Shown piece by piece: positions 16,393 through 23,653 of a stretch of DNA of 36,783 nt. Below the pieces are notes generated by a model. The model searched no databases. It worked only from the letters and a program-made list of their open reading frames with translations, and was not told where the DNA came from. Made by a program: the position numbers and the translations under genes. Source of the DNA: a virus (Duplodnaviria; Caudoviricetes); the IMG/VR virus record IMGVR_UViG_3300032319_001216, positions 1 through 36,783 of that record; one strand, written 5' to 3'. Position 1 is the first letter of the stretch. The number at the start of each line of letters is the position of its first letter.

Positions 16393-16794
16393 TCACATCC
16401 CCTTCGCTGCCGGCGCGGCCGGCTCCTTCGTGTCCTGCGCGCTCGTCGCCACCTTGAGCGACAACTGCTTCTCGACCGGGCGCGCCATGAGGTCGCCGTC
16501 CTGGTCGACGAAAATCATCGACTCCTCGCGGGCGATCTCCGGCGCCTTGCACTTGATCGACGCGACGGGGAGGCCGTAGCCGTCCTTCCCCATCGGGATC
16601 TTGATCTTGATGGTGACCTCGCCGACCGCATTGCCGCCGCGCTTGGCGGCAATCTGCCGGAGCTTGGCGAGAAGGCGTTGCACCTCCCCGCCCGAGTAGT
16701 TGCTGAACGCGCCGTCCTCGAGCTTCCGCATGAGCGCGGCGAGCGTGTCGTTCGGCGGAATGATGTCCGGATCGTCGAATTCGTCGTTCTTCAT
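16393..16794 (-). CDS. YfdP-like partner of DUF2303
   Basis: LEDGAF...GEVTIKIKI...KAPEIAREESMIFVDQDGDL...KQLSL; occupies the usual position upstream of DUF2303 genes. Confidence 0.75.
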   Translation of the reverse strand: MKNDEFDDPDIIPPNDTLAALMRKLEDGAFSNYSGGEVQRLLAKLRQIAAKRGGNAVGEVTIKIKIPMGKDGYGLPVASIKCKAPEIAREESMIFVDQDGDLMARPVEKQLSLKVATSAQDTKEPAAPAAKGM

Positions 16795-16830
16795 CGGTGT
16801 TCCCTCTCTGCAGTCGCGAGGCCCTGCGCC

Positions 16831-16903
16831 CCGGTCGTTTCGTGCGATTGGCGGGTGGGCCGCGAAACCTTGGACCGCGTTGCGCGGGCCGAGGTTTCGC
16901 GGT
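16831..16903. promoter_or_regulatory. Structured intergenic leader with a stem of about 20 bp (16859-16903) and a smaller hairpin (16831-16851)
   Basis: CCGCGAAACCT (16860-16870) pairs perfectly with AGGTTTCGCGG (16892-16902), and pairing continues inward to a 3-nt loop. Confidence 0.55.
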
Positions 16904-16910
16904 CGCTCTC

Positions 16911-17012
16911 TCACGACGGCTCGGCCGCTCCGCGGCCCGAGCCGTCGCCGTCGCCGTCGCCGTAGCCGTCGGCCCGGTTGGCCCACTCCGGCACCGCACC
17001 AGCGAGGATCAC
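16911..17012 (-). CDS. Small Gly/Asp-repeat protein (33 aa)
   Basis: Manual translation MILAGAVPEWANRADGYGDGDGDGSGRGAAEPS; GTG overlaps the upstream stop; explains the (GCCGTC)n repeat at about 16941-16970. Confidence 0.55.
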   Translation of the reverse strand: MILAGAVPEWANRADGYGDGDGDGSGRGAAEPS

Positions 17013-17244
17013 CACGGCCGGAGAGGCAGCATCGCGCGCGCGGCGGCCGAGGTCGGATCGGCGATGAACGGCGCGAGCGGCGTCGGTTCCGAGAGCGGCT
17101 CGTCCACCGAGGCGCGCACGCGCCGCGCAAACCCGCGGATCGCCTGCTCTCCCGGCGCTCTGCGACCAGAAGGTGCAGCAGGCACAGCGCCAACGTCAGC
17201 GCGGCGACCAGGCACAGCGACCGACAAAGGACCAGCGGCGTCAC
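17009..17244 (-). pseudogene. Small membrane protein gene apparently split by a 1-nt frameshift near 17148
   Basis: GTG 17244 and TGA 17009 each overlap a neighbouring gene but are 236 nt apart. The hydrophobic N-terminus and the C-terminus lie in different frames. Confidence 0.4.
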
Positions 17245-17348
17245 GACGCGCCGCCGATCTGGCCGATGCGAGCCAGGATCAGGACGCCGGTCCCCACCAC
17301 CAGCACGACGGCCGCCACGACCGCCGGATCGTCGGTGAACAGCCACAT
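17241..17348 (-). CDS. Small single-TM protein (35 aa)
   Basis: Manual translation MWLFTDDPAVVAAVVLVVGTGVLILARIGQIGGAS; coupled at both ends. Confidence 0.55.
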   Translation of the reverse strand: MWLFTDDPAVVAAVVLVVGTGVLILARIGQIGGAS

Positions 17349-17935
17349 CAGCGCGTCTCCTGCTCATCGGCGCGGCCGTCCTGCTCGTCGAGGTCGCGCT
17401 CGAGGGAATCGAGCTCGGCGCGCGCCCGCTCCACCGCGCCGCGCACGCGACGGCGCTCTTCGCGCGTCAGCCGAGCCCCGCCCGCCGAGGACGGGTCGGT
17501 GACCTCGCGCAGCGCCCCGCAGACCGCCGAGACCGTCTCGGCGACCAGGAGGCCGTGGTGCGCCGGAGACACGCCCGCGGCGGGCCGATCGAGCGCCAGG
17601 AGCAGGTGAGCCACCGCCGCGCGCACCCGGCGCGAACCCGCCATCAGGTCGCCGATCGTCATCGCCGCCGGGTCGCCCGGGTCCTTCCACGCCCGCACCG
17701 CGCTCTCGCCGACGCTGAGCGCGGTCGCGAACGCGCAGTTGCTCGTCCCGGTCGACGCGAACGCGCGCGCCACCAGCTCCGAAGCCGCGCGCCGCGCGGC
17801 CCGACGCGCCGGGCTCAACTCCGACGCCCGCCCGGTGCGGGAAACCTCCGTGGCTCGCACCCGCACCACGCCGGGAGCGTCCGTAGACACGAGAGAACGC
17901 TCGACGTGAGCGCGCGACGAGGGGGACGACGACAT
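17348..17935 (-). CDS. CII-like phage regulatory protein
   Basis: Follows cro. It has an HTH-like segment (FATALSVGESAVRAWKDP) and a C-terminal GARLTREERRRV helix reminiscent of 186 CII/YmfL-type regulators. The start is uncertain. Confidence 0.5.
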   Translation of the reverse strand: MSSSPSSRAHVERSLVSTDAPGVVRVRATEVSRTGRASELSPARRAARRAASELVARAFASTGTSNCAFATALSVGESAVRAWKDPGDPAAMTIGDLMAGSRRVRAAVAHLLLALDRPAAGVSPAHHGLLVAETVSAVCGALREVTDPSSAGGARLTREERRRVRGAVERARAELDSLERDLDEQDGRADEQETR

Positions 17936-18019
17936 GCAGAACCTCACCAGGCAGGTGGCAACAACCAGCGAGACGAACGATGCGCGCGAGGGGCGCGACG
18001 ACGACGAGCCCCCAGGGGC

Positions 18020-18268
18020 TCAGGCGGGGGGCGAAAACGGCGCTACCGCGCGCGGAGCGGCACGCGGCCAGAGCGACGCCGGGACCGCGCCGGCGGTCCA
18101 CGCCTCGATGGCAACGCGGTTCGCCTCCGTCGGGGTCTTCGCGCCGGACAACCAGTCGAGGACCGTCGGATGAGCCACGCCCAGCGCGCGGGCCACGGCG
18201 CTCTTCGACAGCCCCGTCTTCCGGACGAACCCACGAAACGCTCGGACGGCCCCGTTCACTCGCGCCAT
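18020..18268 (-). CDS. cro: Cro-like HTH regulator (82 aa)
   Basis: GLSKSAVARALGVAHPTVLDWLSGAKTP...IEAWTAGAVPASLW; divergent from the repressor. Confidence 0.85.
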   Translation of the reverse strand: MARVNGAVRAFRGFVRKTGLSKSAVARALGVAHPTVLDWLSGAKTPTEANRVAIEAWTAGAVPASLWPRAAPRAVAPFSPPA

Positions 18269-18274
18269 GCAGTC

Positions 18275-18303
18275 GTTGTAGCGACAACTACCGACCCCGT
18301 CAA
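18275..18303 (-). promoter_or_regulatory. Sigma70-type lytic promoter for cro (TTGACG-17-TACAAC), probably leaderless
   Basis: -35 at 18303-18298, 17-bp spacer, -10 at 18280-18275; the ATG follows 6 nt later with no Shine-Dalgarno. Confidence 0.7.
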
Positions 18304-18336
18304 CTGCCTTTCGTTTGGTCCGGTAGCCGTTGCTAC
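18278..18336. promoter_or_regulatory. Two GTAG-N6-CTAC operators (18278-18291, 18323-18336) in the cro/repressor switch
   Basis: TTGTAGCGACAACTACCG and CGGTAGCCGTTGCTACAA are inverted copies of each other (15/18), and each is internally palindromic. Confidence 0.7.
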
Positions 18337-18359
18337 AAGTCACGGTGTAGATCGTGACG

Positions 18360-18944
18360 ATGCCTCGTAAAAAGCGACCCCTGACGGACGTGTCGCGCTA
18401 CATCGCCGCGCGAATTGCCGAATGGGAGTCCGGCGGGCGCACGTTGTCATCGCTAGCGGCCGAGATCGGCGTGTCGCACGCGCACCTGAGCCCGCTTCGC
18501 GACGGAAAAGCCGGCGCGGGCGACGCAACGGAACGCGGCGCCGCGCGGGTGTGGTTCGGCGGTTCCCGCGACGCGCTCGAGCGTGCCGCGAAGGACTGGG
18601 CGGCGGAGCATCCACTTGCCGTCGGACGCGACGTCGAACTCGACGAGCGATACGACGCGCGTGCGCGCGGCATCGACGGCTACATGACGTTGCACCCCGG
18701 CGTGACTCGCGCGGACGTGGTCCGGTGGGCCGACGCCGCGAGCGTCGCCAACAGCGGCACCGGCATGGGGCCGCGGGACTGGTACGACGCGATCGAAGAG
18801 TCCCGCGCGCGCGAGCGGCGCGCGGAGCTGCTCGGGGCCGCGCCTGCGCCGCCGGGGCTCGCCGAGTCGCGTTCCGCGCTCGACGCGGAGGCCGCTGCGA
18901 TGCGCGACGCCCGCGATCGGTCGACGCGCAAGCGCGCTCGCTGA
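18360..18944 (+). CDS. Immunity repressor, XRE-type HTH without an S24 autopeptidase domain
   Basis: RTLSSLAAEIGVSHAHLSPLRDGKAGAG HTH; divergent from cro and adjacent to the ImmA-like gene. Confidence 0.75.
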   Translation: MPRKKRPLTDVSRYIAARIAEWESGGRTLSSLAAEIGVSHAHLSPLRDGKAGAGDATERGAARVWFGGSRDALERAAKDWAAEHPLAVGRDVELDERYDARARGIDGYMTLHPGVTRADVVRWADAASVANSGTGMGPRDWYDAIEESRARERRAELLGAAPAPPGLAESRSALDAEAAAMRDARDRSTRKRAR

Positions 18945-18945
18945 G

Positions 18946-19563
18946 CTATCCCACGGCGCGCAGCACGACTCGGCGCGGGTCGTCGGTCAGCTTGGTTCGA
19001 CGCAGGCCGGGGCGGCCGGTGCGCGCCGCGCGGCGGATCTCGTGCTCGTCCGGCCAGGCCCACGACTCCGGGCCGCGAGCGCGAACCCGCTGCGGCGTGA
19101 CCAGCGCGCGCGGCTCGTGCTGCGTCTCCCCCACCCGCAGCGCAACGAGGCTCTCCGTCGCCAGGAACGTCGCGGCCAGGGCGTCGTAGCGCTCGCCCAG
19201 GTCACGCAGGGCGGCCGCGAACGCGCGCCGCGGAGCCACCAGCGCGGCCCCGATGGCATCCGCAGCGTCCTCGATGTCGGGCTCGCGGTACCCGTCGCGC
19301 TCGAGGGCCCACTCCGCGAGCTCGTGCGCGATGAGGAACCGCTCGCGCACTGGATCGCTGCCGGCGCGCAGGTAGATCCGCGGGCGCCCCTGCACGATCG
19401 CGATCGATGCGGGGACGCGCAGCGCGTGTCCCGGCACGCGCACGACCGCCCCCGGGCCGAGCAGCGCCTCCGCCAGCGCTCGCACCAGCGGGACGTCCCC
19501 CTCGTCGTGTCCCGCGGCGCGCAAAATCGCCGCCGCGGCTCCGTGCACGTCTGCCAAGTCCAC
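18946..19563 (-). CDS. ImmA/IrrE-family metallopeptidase-like protein (HExxE variant)
   Basis: IYLR...RERFLIAHELAE...EDAADAIGAALVAP...LAATFLATESLVALR follows the ImmA/IrrE layout. Confidence 0.8.
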   Translation of the reverse strand: MDLADVHGAAAAILRAAGHDEGDVPLVRALAEALLGPGAVVRVPGHALRVPASIAIVQGRPRIYLRAGSDPVRERFLIAHELAEWALERDGYREPDIEDAADAIGAALVAPRRAFAAALRDLGERYDALAATFLATESLVALRVGETQHEPRALVTPQRVRARGPESWAWPDEHEIRRAARTGRPGLRRTKLTDDPRRVVLRAVG

Positions 19564-19616
19564 CGCTGAATGGTGCGTCTCCCGACGTCGTTTGAACAGG
19601 TGCGGACGTCAAACGC

Positions 19617-19645
19617 TTGCGCTCGTCCGTCGTTGTCGCTACAGC
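19617..19645 (+). promoter_or_regulatory. Second promoter/operator, a near copy of the cro promoter (TTGCGC-17-TACAGC)
   Basis: GTCGTTGTCGCTACA (19629-19643) matches the cro operator strand GTAGTTGTCGCTACA at 14/15 and has the same position relative to the -10. Confidence 0.65.
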
Positions 19646-19663
19646 TACACGCGGAGGTTCGGA

Positions 19664-20071
19664 ATGCAACTGCTCGACGTGGAAGTGGAGTTGAGGCGGG
19701 CGTGCGCGGCTCACGAGCGCTGTGAGAAGGCGCTGTCGGACGCGAGGCGCGTGTACGTGGAGCGGGTCGACCAGGATCCGAAAGCACGGGCGGCGCGTGA
19801 CGCGTGGCGAGCCGCGAAGCGCGCGCAGTCGCCCGGGACGCCGTGGGAGGACTTCGAGCGGGAGCTCGTCGCGTGCGCCGACGCCTGGGAGGCGTTCGTG
19901 TTCTTGCAGCTCGCCATCTCGCGCAGCTCGTGGGCGAGCACGAGGGTTCGGCGCCTGGAAGAGCTCCGCGCGCGCGCAGAGTCCGCGCCGCCGACGATTC
20001 CCGCGCCCCCGCCGCGGCCGCACGCCGACGCGGCCGCGGCGGTGTTCGCCTCCGCCTCGGGGGCCACGTGA
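19664..20071 (+). CDS. Hypothetical helical protein (135 aa)
   Basis: GGAGG RBS at about 19653 before ATG 19664; downstream of the second promoter. Confidence 0.65.
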   Translation: MQLLDVEVELRRACAAHERCEKALSDARRVYVERVDQDPKARAARDAWRAAKRAQSPGTPWEDFERELVACADAWEAFVFLQLAISRSSWASTRVRRLEELRARAESAPPTIPAPPPRPHADAAAAVFASASGAT

Positions 20072-20220
20072 TTCCCGCCTCGCTCTGCATCTTCGAGGTG
20101 CTGTGCTGGGTGGAGCTCGGCCTTGCCCACGGGTTCGACGCCCAGACGGTCAGCCGGGGCGCGCTGTGGACCGCCGCCCGGTTCGAGGCGCGGCGGCGCG
20201 AACGGTGGGCGGTGAATTGA
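20068..20220 (+). CDS. Hypothetical protein (50 aa)
   Basis: GTGA overlap with the previous stop; MIPASLCIFEVLCWVELGLAHGF... Confidence 0.5.
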   Translation: MIPASLCIFEVLCWVELGLAHGFDAQTVSRGALWTAARFEARRRERWAVN

Positions 20221-20226
20221 GGGCGA

Positions 20227-20682
20227 CTACGACACGCTGATCAGCGCGGGCGACGCTTGGTCCCGGGTCGCGTTGATCCGGGCTTGCCGGATAGCCAGCG
20301 ACTGCCTGTACCCCGCCGCTTCGGCGAGGCGAGTGAGTTGGAACTCCCCGTGCTTCGCTCGCACGATCGGTTCGATTTCGTCCAGCGTAACGTGGAAGAA
20401 CTCCTTGCGAAGGTTGACGAGGTTGACGCGTCGCGTGCTGAGCGCGTCGTGTAGCGCCTTCTCCAGTCCCGGTGCGTCTTGCGAGTAGATCATCGCGTGA
20501 ACGTCGAACGTGAACGGCACCGACGCGTCGCCGAGCTCATCGATTCGGTCGTTCGGGTCGGCGCAGACGACCGTGAACAGCCAGAGGACCGCAAGACCGG
20601 TGACCGCCGGCGGCGGCGGCGGATGGACGTCAGGCTGTGCGGTCGTCGCGATGGGGGCGGGCGAGGGAGCGTTCGGCTTCAT
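20227..20682 (-). pseudogene. Truncated T5orf172/MUG113 (GIY-YIG-like) domain gene, probably an internal-deletion remnant
   Basis: DPNDRIDELGDASVPFTFDVHAMIYSQDAPGLEKALH...VNLRKEFF...YRQS is the C-terminal part of DUF4041/T5orf172 proteins. The upstream YIISN...KIGMTRR part is missing. Confidence 0.7.
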
Positions 20683-20775
20683 GCGGGCAGCAAGGTTCCA
20701 CGAAACATCCCCAGGTGGTCAACGGCGCGGGCATTTCGGGCAGGCCGTGCGGTTTGCGGCCGTACCTGTGAGAGC

Positions 20776-21444
20776 ATGGCCCCGATGCGCTTCGCCATCT
20801 TCGCCCTCACGTTCGTCGCGTTCGCCGGCTGTAGCTCTTCGACCGACGCGCCAGCGACGGCCGATCGGTCGACCGACCGATGCACACCGGGCGCGCAGAT
20901 CGCGTGCGCGTGCCCGGGCGGCGCCGCGGGTGCGCAGGTCTGCGCGGACGACGCGGATCATCTCGGACCGTGCGAGTGCCCGGAAGCGGGCGCTGCGGAC
21001 GCATCCTTCGACGTGCCGCTCGACGAGGACGAGGGCGCGGACGCTTCGACCGCCGAGGACGTCTCCGTCGACGAGCCCGCGGACGTGGATGCGGAGGACG
21101 CGATCCCCGATGCCACAGCGGACACGCTGCTCGACGTGGCCGAGGACGTGGCAATCGACGCTCGCGACGCCGGCCTCGTGTGCCCGGGCGTGAAGGCTAC
21201 CCAGCTCGCGTGCGGCACCTGCTCCAACATCTGCTGCGATGAGAAGAACGCCATGCCGTGCCACGGCCTAGGTTGCAACAAGACCGAAGCCGTATTCTAC
21301 TGCACTTGCCCACCGGCCGACGCTGGCGCGAATGCTTGCCTTCCAGCCGCCGCGTGCGCCGCAGGTTTTTTGAACTGCGACGGCCTCTGGGCAAATGGCT
21401 GCGAGCACAAAGAGGACCCGAGCCTGCGGGGCTTCTGCCCCTGA
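20776..21444 (+). CDS. Cys-rich secreted lipoprotein (myxobacterial style), a moron
   Basis: Signal peptide with lipobox FAGC, a CTPGAQIACACPGGAAGAQVC...PCEC module, an acidic DA-rich linker and a Cys-rich C-terminus (CAAGFLNCDG...NGCE). The start may be 20785. Confidence 0.8.
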   Translation: MAPMRFAIFALTFVAFAGCSSSTDAPATADRSTDRCTPGAQIACACPGGAAGAQVCADDADHLGPCECPEAGAADASFDVPLDEDEGADASTAEDVSVDEPADVDAEDAIPDATADTLLDVAEDVAIDARDAGLVCPGVKATQLACGTCSNICCDEKNAMPCHGLGCNKTEAVFYCTCPPADAGANACLPAAACAAGFLNCDGLWANGCEHKEDPSLRGFCP

Positions 21445-21457
21445 GGGGGATGCGACA

Positions 21458-21604
21458 ATGGTGACGCCGATCGACATGGTGACGGACGAGTGGATCAGCT
21501 GCTGCTACGACGAGGCCGACCTGCGCGGCGTCGTCGCCCGGCTGGCGCCGCTGCCCGACGGCCAGGTGACCGAGACCTACACGCCGGCTGGGGTGCAGTC
21601 GTAA
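21458..21604 (+). CDS. Hypothetical protein (48 aa)
   Basis: GAGGGGGA RBS-like run before ATG 21458. Confidence 0.45.
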   Translation: MVTPIDMVTDEWISCCYDEADLRGVVARLAPLPDGQVTETYTPAGVQS

Positions 21605-21671
21605 GCCGGCGACGGCCGGTTTCGGATCGCGGTGGACGATGCCCGCGCCCGTCGTCGTGCGCCTGCGGGCG

Positions 21672-22400
21672 CTACGCCCCGGCGAGCTCCCCTCGCACCA
21701 GCTCCGTCGCCGCGGTGAGGCACGCCGCTTGGTCCTCGCCGAGCGGCGCGGTGTCGTCGTGCGCGATCACCTCGAGCCCCGCGGGCGGCCCCAGGCACAC
21801 GCCGATGCTCGTCAGGGTGAGCGCGTTCCCGGGGCACTCCGCGGCGACGGCCGCCTCGTCGGCCTCGGTCCACGGCATCGCCACGGTGTCGAGGTCCGCG
21901 GGGAGCCGCGCGAGGATCTGCCGGTAGAGCGCCGCGACCCCCCTCGTGTAGAGCCCTTCGTCGGCCGTGAAATACCGCGCGCCCTTCAGCGCGCGGACGA
22001 ACGCCGCGGGGTCGGGGTGCGCGAGCGTGCCCCACGCGACCGCGAAGTTCCGCCGCATCATGCCGAGGTAGTCCGTCGCGCCCTCGTCGAGGCTGGCGAA
22101 CGCGCGGAACCGCGTCGTCGGGTCGGGCGGGTAGTACCACCGCTCCTGCCCGCCGATGACCTCGGTGCAGGCGAAGAACGTCCACGATCGCCCGTCGCCC
22201 GGGCGGCTCTTCGCGTTGCCGAGGTTCCAGCAGTGGCAGGACCGCCCCAGGCCCGTCTCGAGCCCGACCTGGGCGAGCAGGAGCCCGACCGCCTCCCGCG
22301 ATAGGTCGAGCCCCAGCCGGCTGGCGGCGCGCCAGAGCGCGGCCGCGAGCTGCGGCACCGTCGCCGAGGTGAGCACGTCGGGCAGCTCGCGGGGCGTCAT
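21672..22400 (-). CDS. Endolysin, GH73/FlgJ glucosaminidase-like
   Basis: LAQVGLETGLG...NLGNAK...TE...FRAFASLDEGATDY...YFTAD..Y; last gene of the late operon. Confidence 0.8.
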   Translation of the reverse strand: MTPRELPDVLTSATVPQLAAALWRAASRLGLDLSREAVGLLLAQVGLETGLGRSCHCWNLGNAKSRPGDGRSWTFFACTEVIGGQERWYYPPDPTTRFRAFASLDEGATDYLGMMRRNFAVAWGTLAHPDPAAFVRALKGARYFTADEGLYTRGVAALYRQILARLPADLDTVAMPWTEADEAAVAAECPGNALTLTSIGVCLGPPAGLEVIAHDDTAPLGEDQAACLTAATELVRGELAGA

Positions 22401-22706
22401 GCGTCCTCCGCGGGCGCCGCCGGCGCCGGGTCGGTGTCGCGCTGGACGGCCTCCCGCCCGTACCGGGCCAGCTCGAGCGCGTCGCGGCTCAGCTCGGCGA
22501 GCTGCTGCGCGAGGAGCTCCGTCCGCTCACAGAGCGCCGCGGCGCGCGCCATCGCGTCGTCGGCGCCGAGGTCACACGCGCCGCCGGGCGCGATGGCACG
22601 GGCCCAGGAGCTGCCCGACGGCCTGCCCCGCGGCGCCCGCGAGGTCCGCGAGCGCCAGGCACGCATCCGGCGAGAGGCGCAGCGTGGCGACACGGAGGCT
22701 AGCCAT
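22397..22706 (-). pseudogene. Lysis-region hypothetical gene apparently split by a +1 frameshift near 22604
   Basis: ATG 22706 and TGA 22397 overlap the neighbouring genes but span 310 nt. Removing one G from CTGGGCCCG gives a single 102-aa helical ORF. Confidence 0.5.
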
Positions 22707-22941
22707 GGCGCACCACCCGCGCGTCGACCTCCGCGTCGATCCGCGCGACGTCCGGCCCGATCGGCGCGATCGCCTCCAGCGCCGCGACGATCGCCTCCGG
22801 GTCGTGCCCCGCGTCGAGCAGAGCCGCGCCGACGCGCGCCGCGGCGCCCACGATGCGAGCGGCCGTGCCGGTGTCGCCGGGCGCGGCGGACGCGGCCCCC
22901 GCGACGTCGGCCAGCGTGGCGAGCACATCGCGCGCGCTCAC
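22699..22941 (-). CDS. Hypothetical lysis-region protein (80 aa, Ala-rich)
   Basis: GTGA-coupled start at 22941. Confidence 0.6.
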   Translation of the reverse strand: MSARDVLATLADVAGAASAAPGDTGTAARIVGAAARVGAALLDAGHDPEAIVAALEAIAPIGPDVARIDAEVDARVVRHG

Positions 22942-23363
22942 CGCGCACCCCCCGAGCACGGCAGCGCCGGCACCTCGGGCACCCGCGGCTCAACGTGGCG
23001 GAGGTCGCACCAAACCACGCGCACGCGCCCCAGGGCGGCCAGCGCCGCGCCGGAGTCGTTCGCCTTGAGCGCGCCGACGAGCGCCGCGTCGGCGACCGCC
23101 ACGGCATCCCAGGACGTCCACACGGGCCGCCACCGGGCGCGGACGGCCTGCACCTCGGTCGCTCCCGCGTCGGCCGCGGCGTACGACTCCCGGCGGTACT
23201 CGTCGAGGAGCACGCCGCGGGCCTCGGCGGCGACGTCGCTCACCGCGAGCGCGACCGGCGCGGCCGCGGCGGCCGGGCGCGAGCACCCGCACGTCACCAG
23301 CGACGTGCCGCCGCAGAGCACCAGCGCCGCGAGCGCGAGGGAGACCAGCGCGGCGGCCCTCAC
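22938..23363 (-). CDS. Putative lipoprotein of the lysis cassette (spanin candidate)
   Basis: GTG 23363, hydrophobic signal, a lipobox-like TCGC, helical body and C-terminal Cys residues. Confidence 0.6.
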   Translation of the reverse strand: MRAAALVSLALAALVLCGGTSLVTCGCSRPAAAAAPVALAVSDVAAEARGVLLDEYRRESYAAADAGATEVQAVRARWRPVWTSWDAVAVADAALVGALKANDSGAALAALGRVRVVWCDLRHVEPRVPEVPALPCSGGAR

Positions 23364-23653
23364 GTCGCGCCCCCGGCAGCCGGCGGCGCGGGCGGCCCGC
23401 CGTGGAGGTCGTCGAGCGCGGCATTGATGATCCGCACCAGCGCCGCGAGCGCCTCGCCGACGACGCGCAGGATCGCAATCGCGGTGCCGAGGAGGTCCGG
23501 CAGCGGGCGCAGGCACGCCTCGCACGTCGCGACGATGCCCGGCCGCCCGAGAGCGCCGGCGACCATCGCGACGACGCGGATCACGGTCGCGACGCCAACG
23601 AGCGCCGCGGCCTCGTAGCTGGTGATCATGGTGTGGATGCTGTCGATCGTCAT
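23360..23653 (-). CDS. Holin-like membrane protein
   Basis: 97 aa with two hydrophobic segments, within the lysis cassette. Confidence 0.5.
   Translation of the reverse strand: MTIDSIHTMITSYEAAALVGVATVIRVVAMVAGALGRPGIVATCEACLRPLPDLLGTAIAILRVVGEALAALVRIINAALDDLHGGPPAPPAAGGAT

Noticed and set aside
16941-16970. (GCCGTC)n microsatellite as a contingency locus or array
   Set aside because: Explained by Gly-Asp codons of the 33-aa ORF, and a unit of 6 would not shift the frame
19591-19613. SOS (LexA) box upstream of the immA-like gene (TTTGAAC...TCAAA)
   Set aside because: Only one GAAC half-site is present and the second half does not fit GAAC-N4-GTTC, so it is too weak to call
21605-21671. 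Bidirectional terminator between the convergent moron and endolysin genes
   Set aside because: Only an imperfect GC stem with a long loop and no U-tract on either strand
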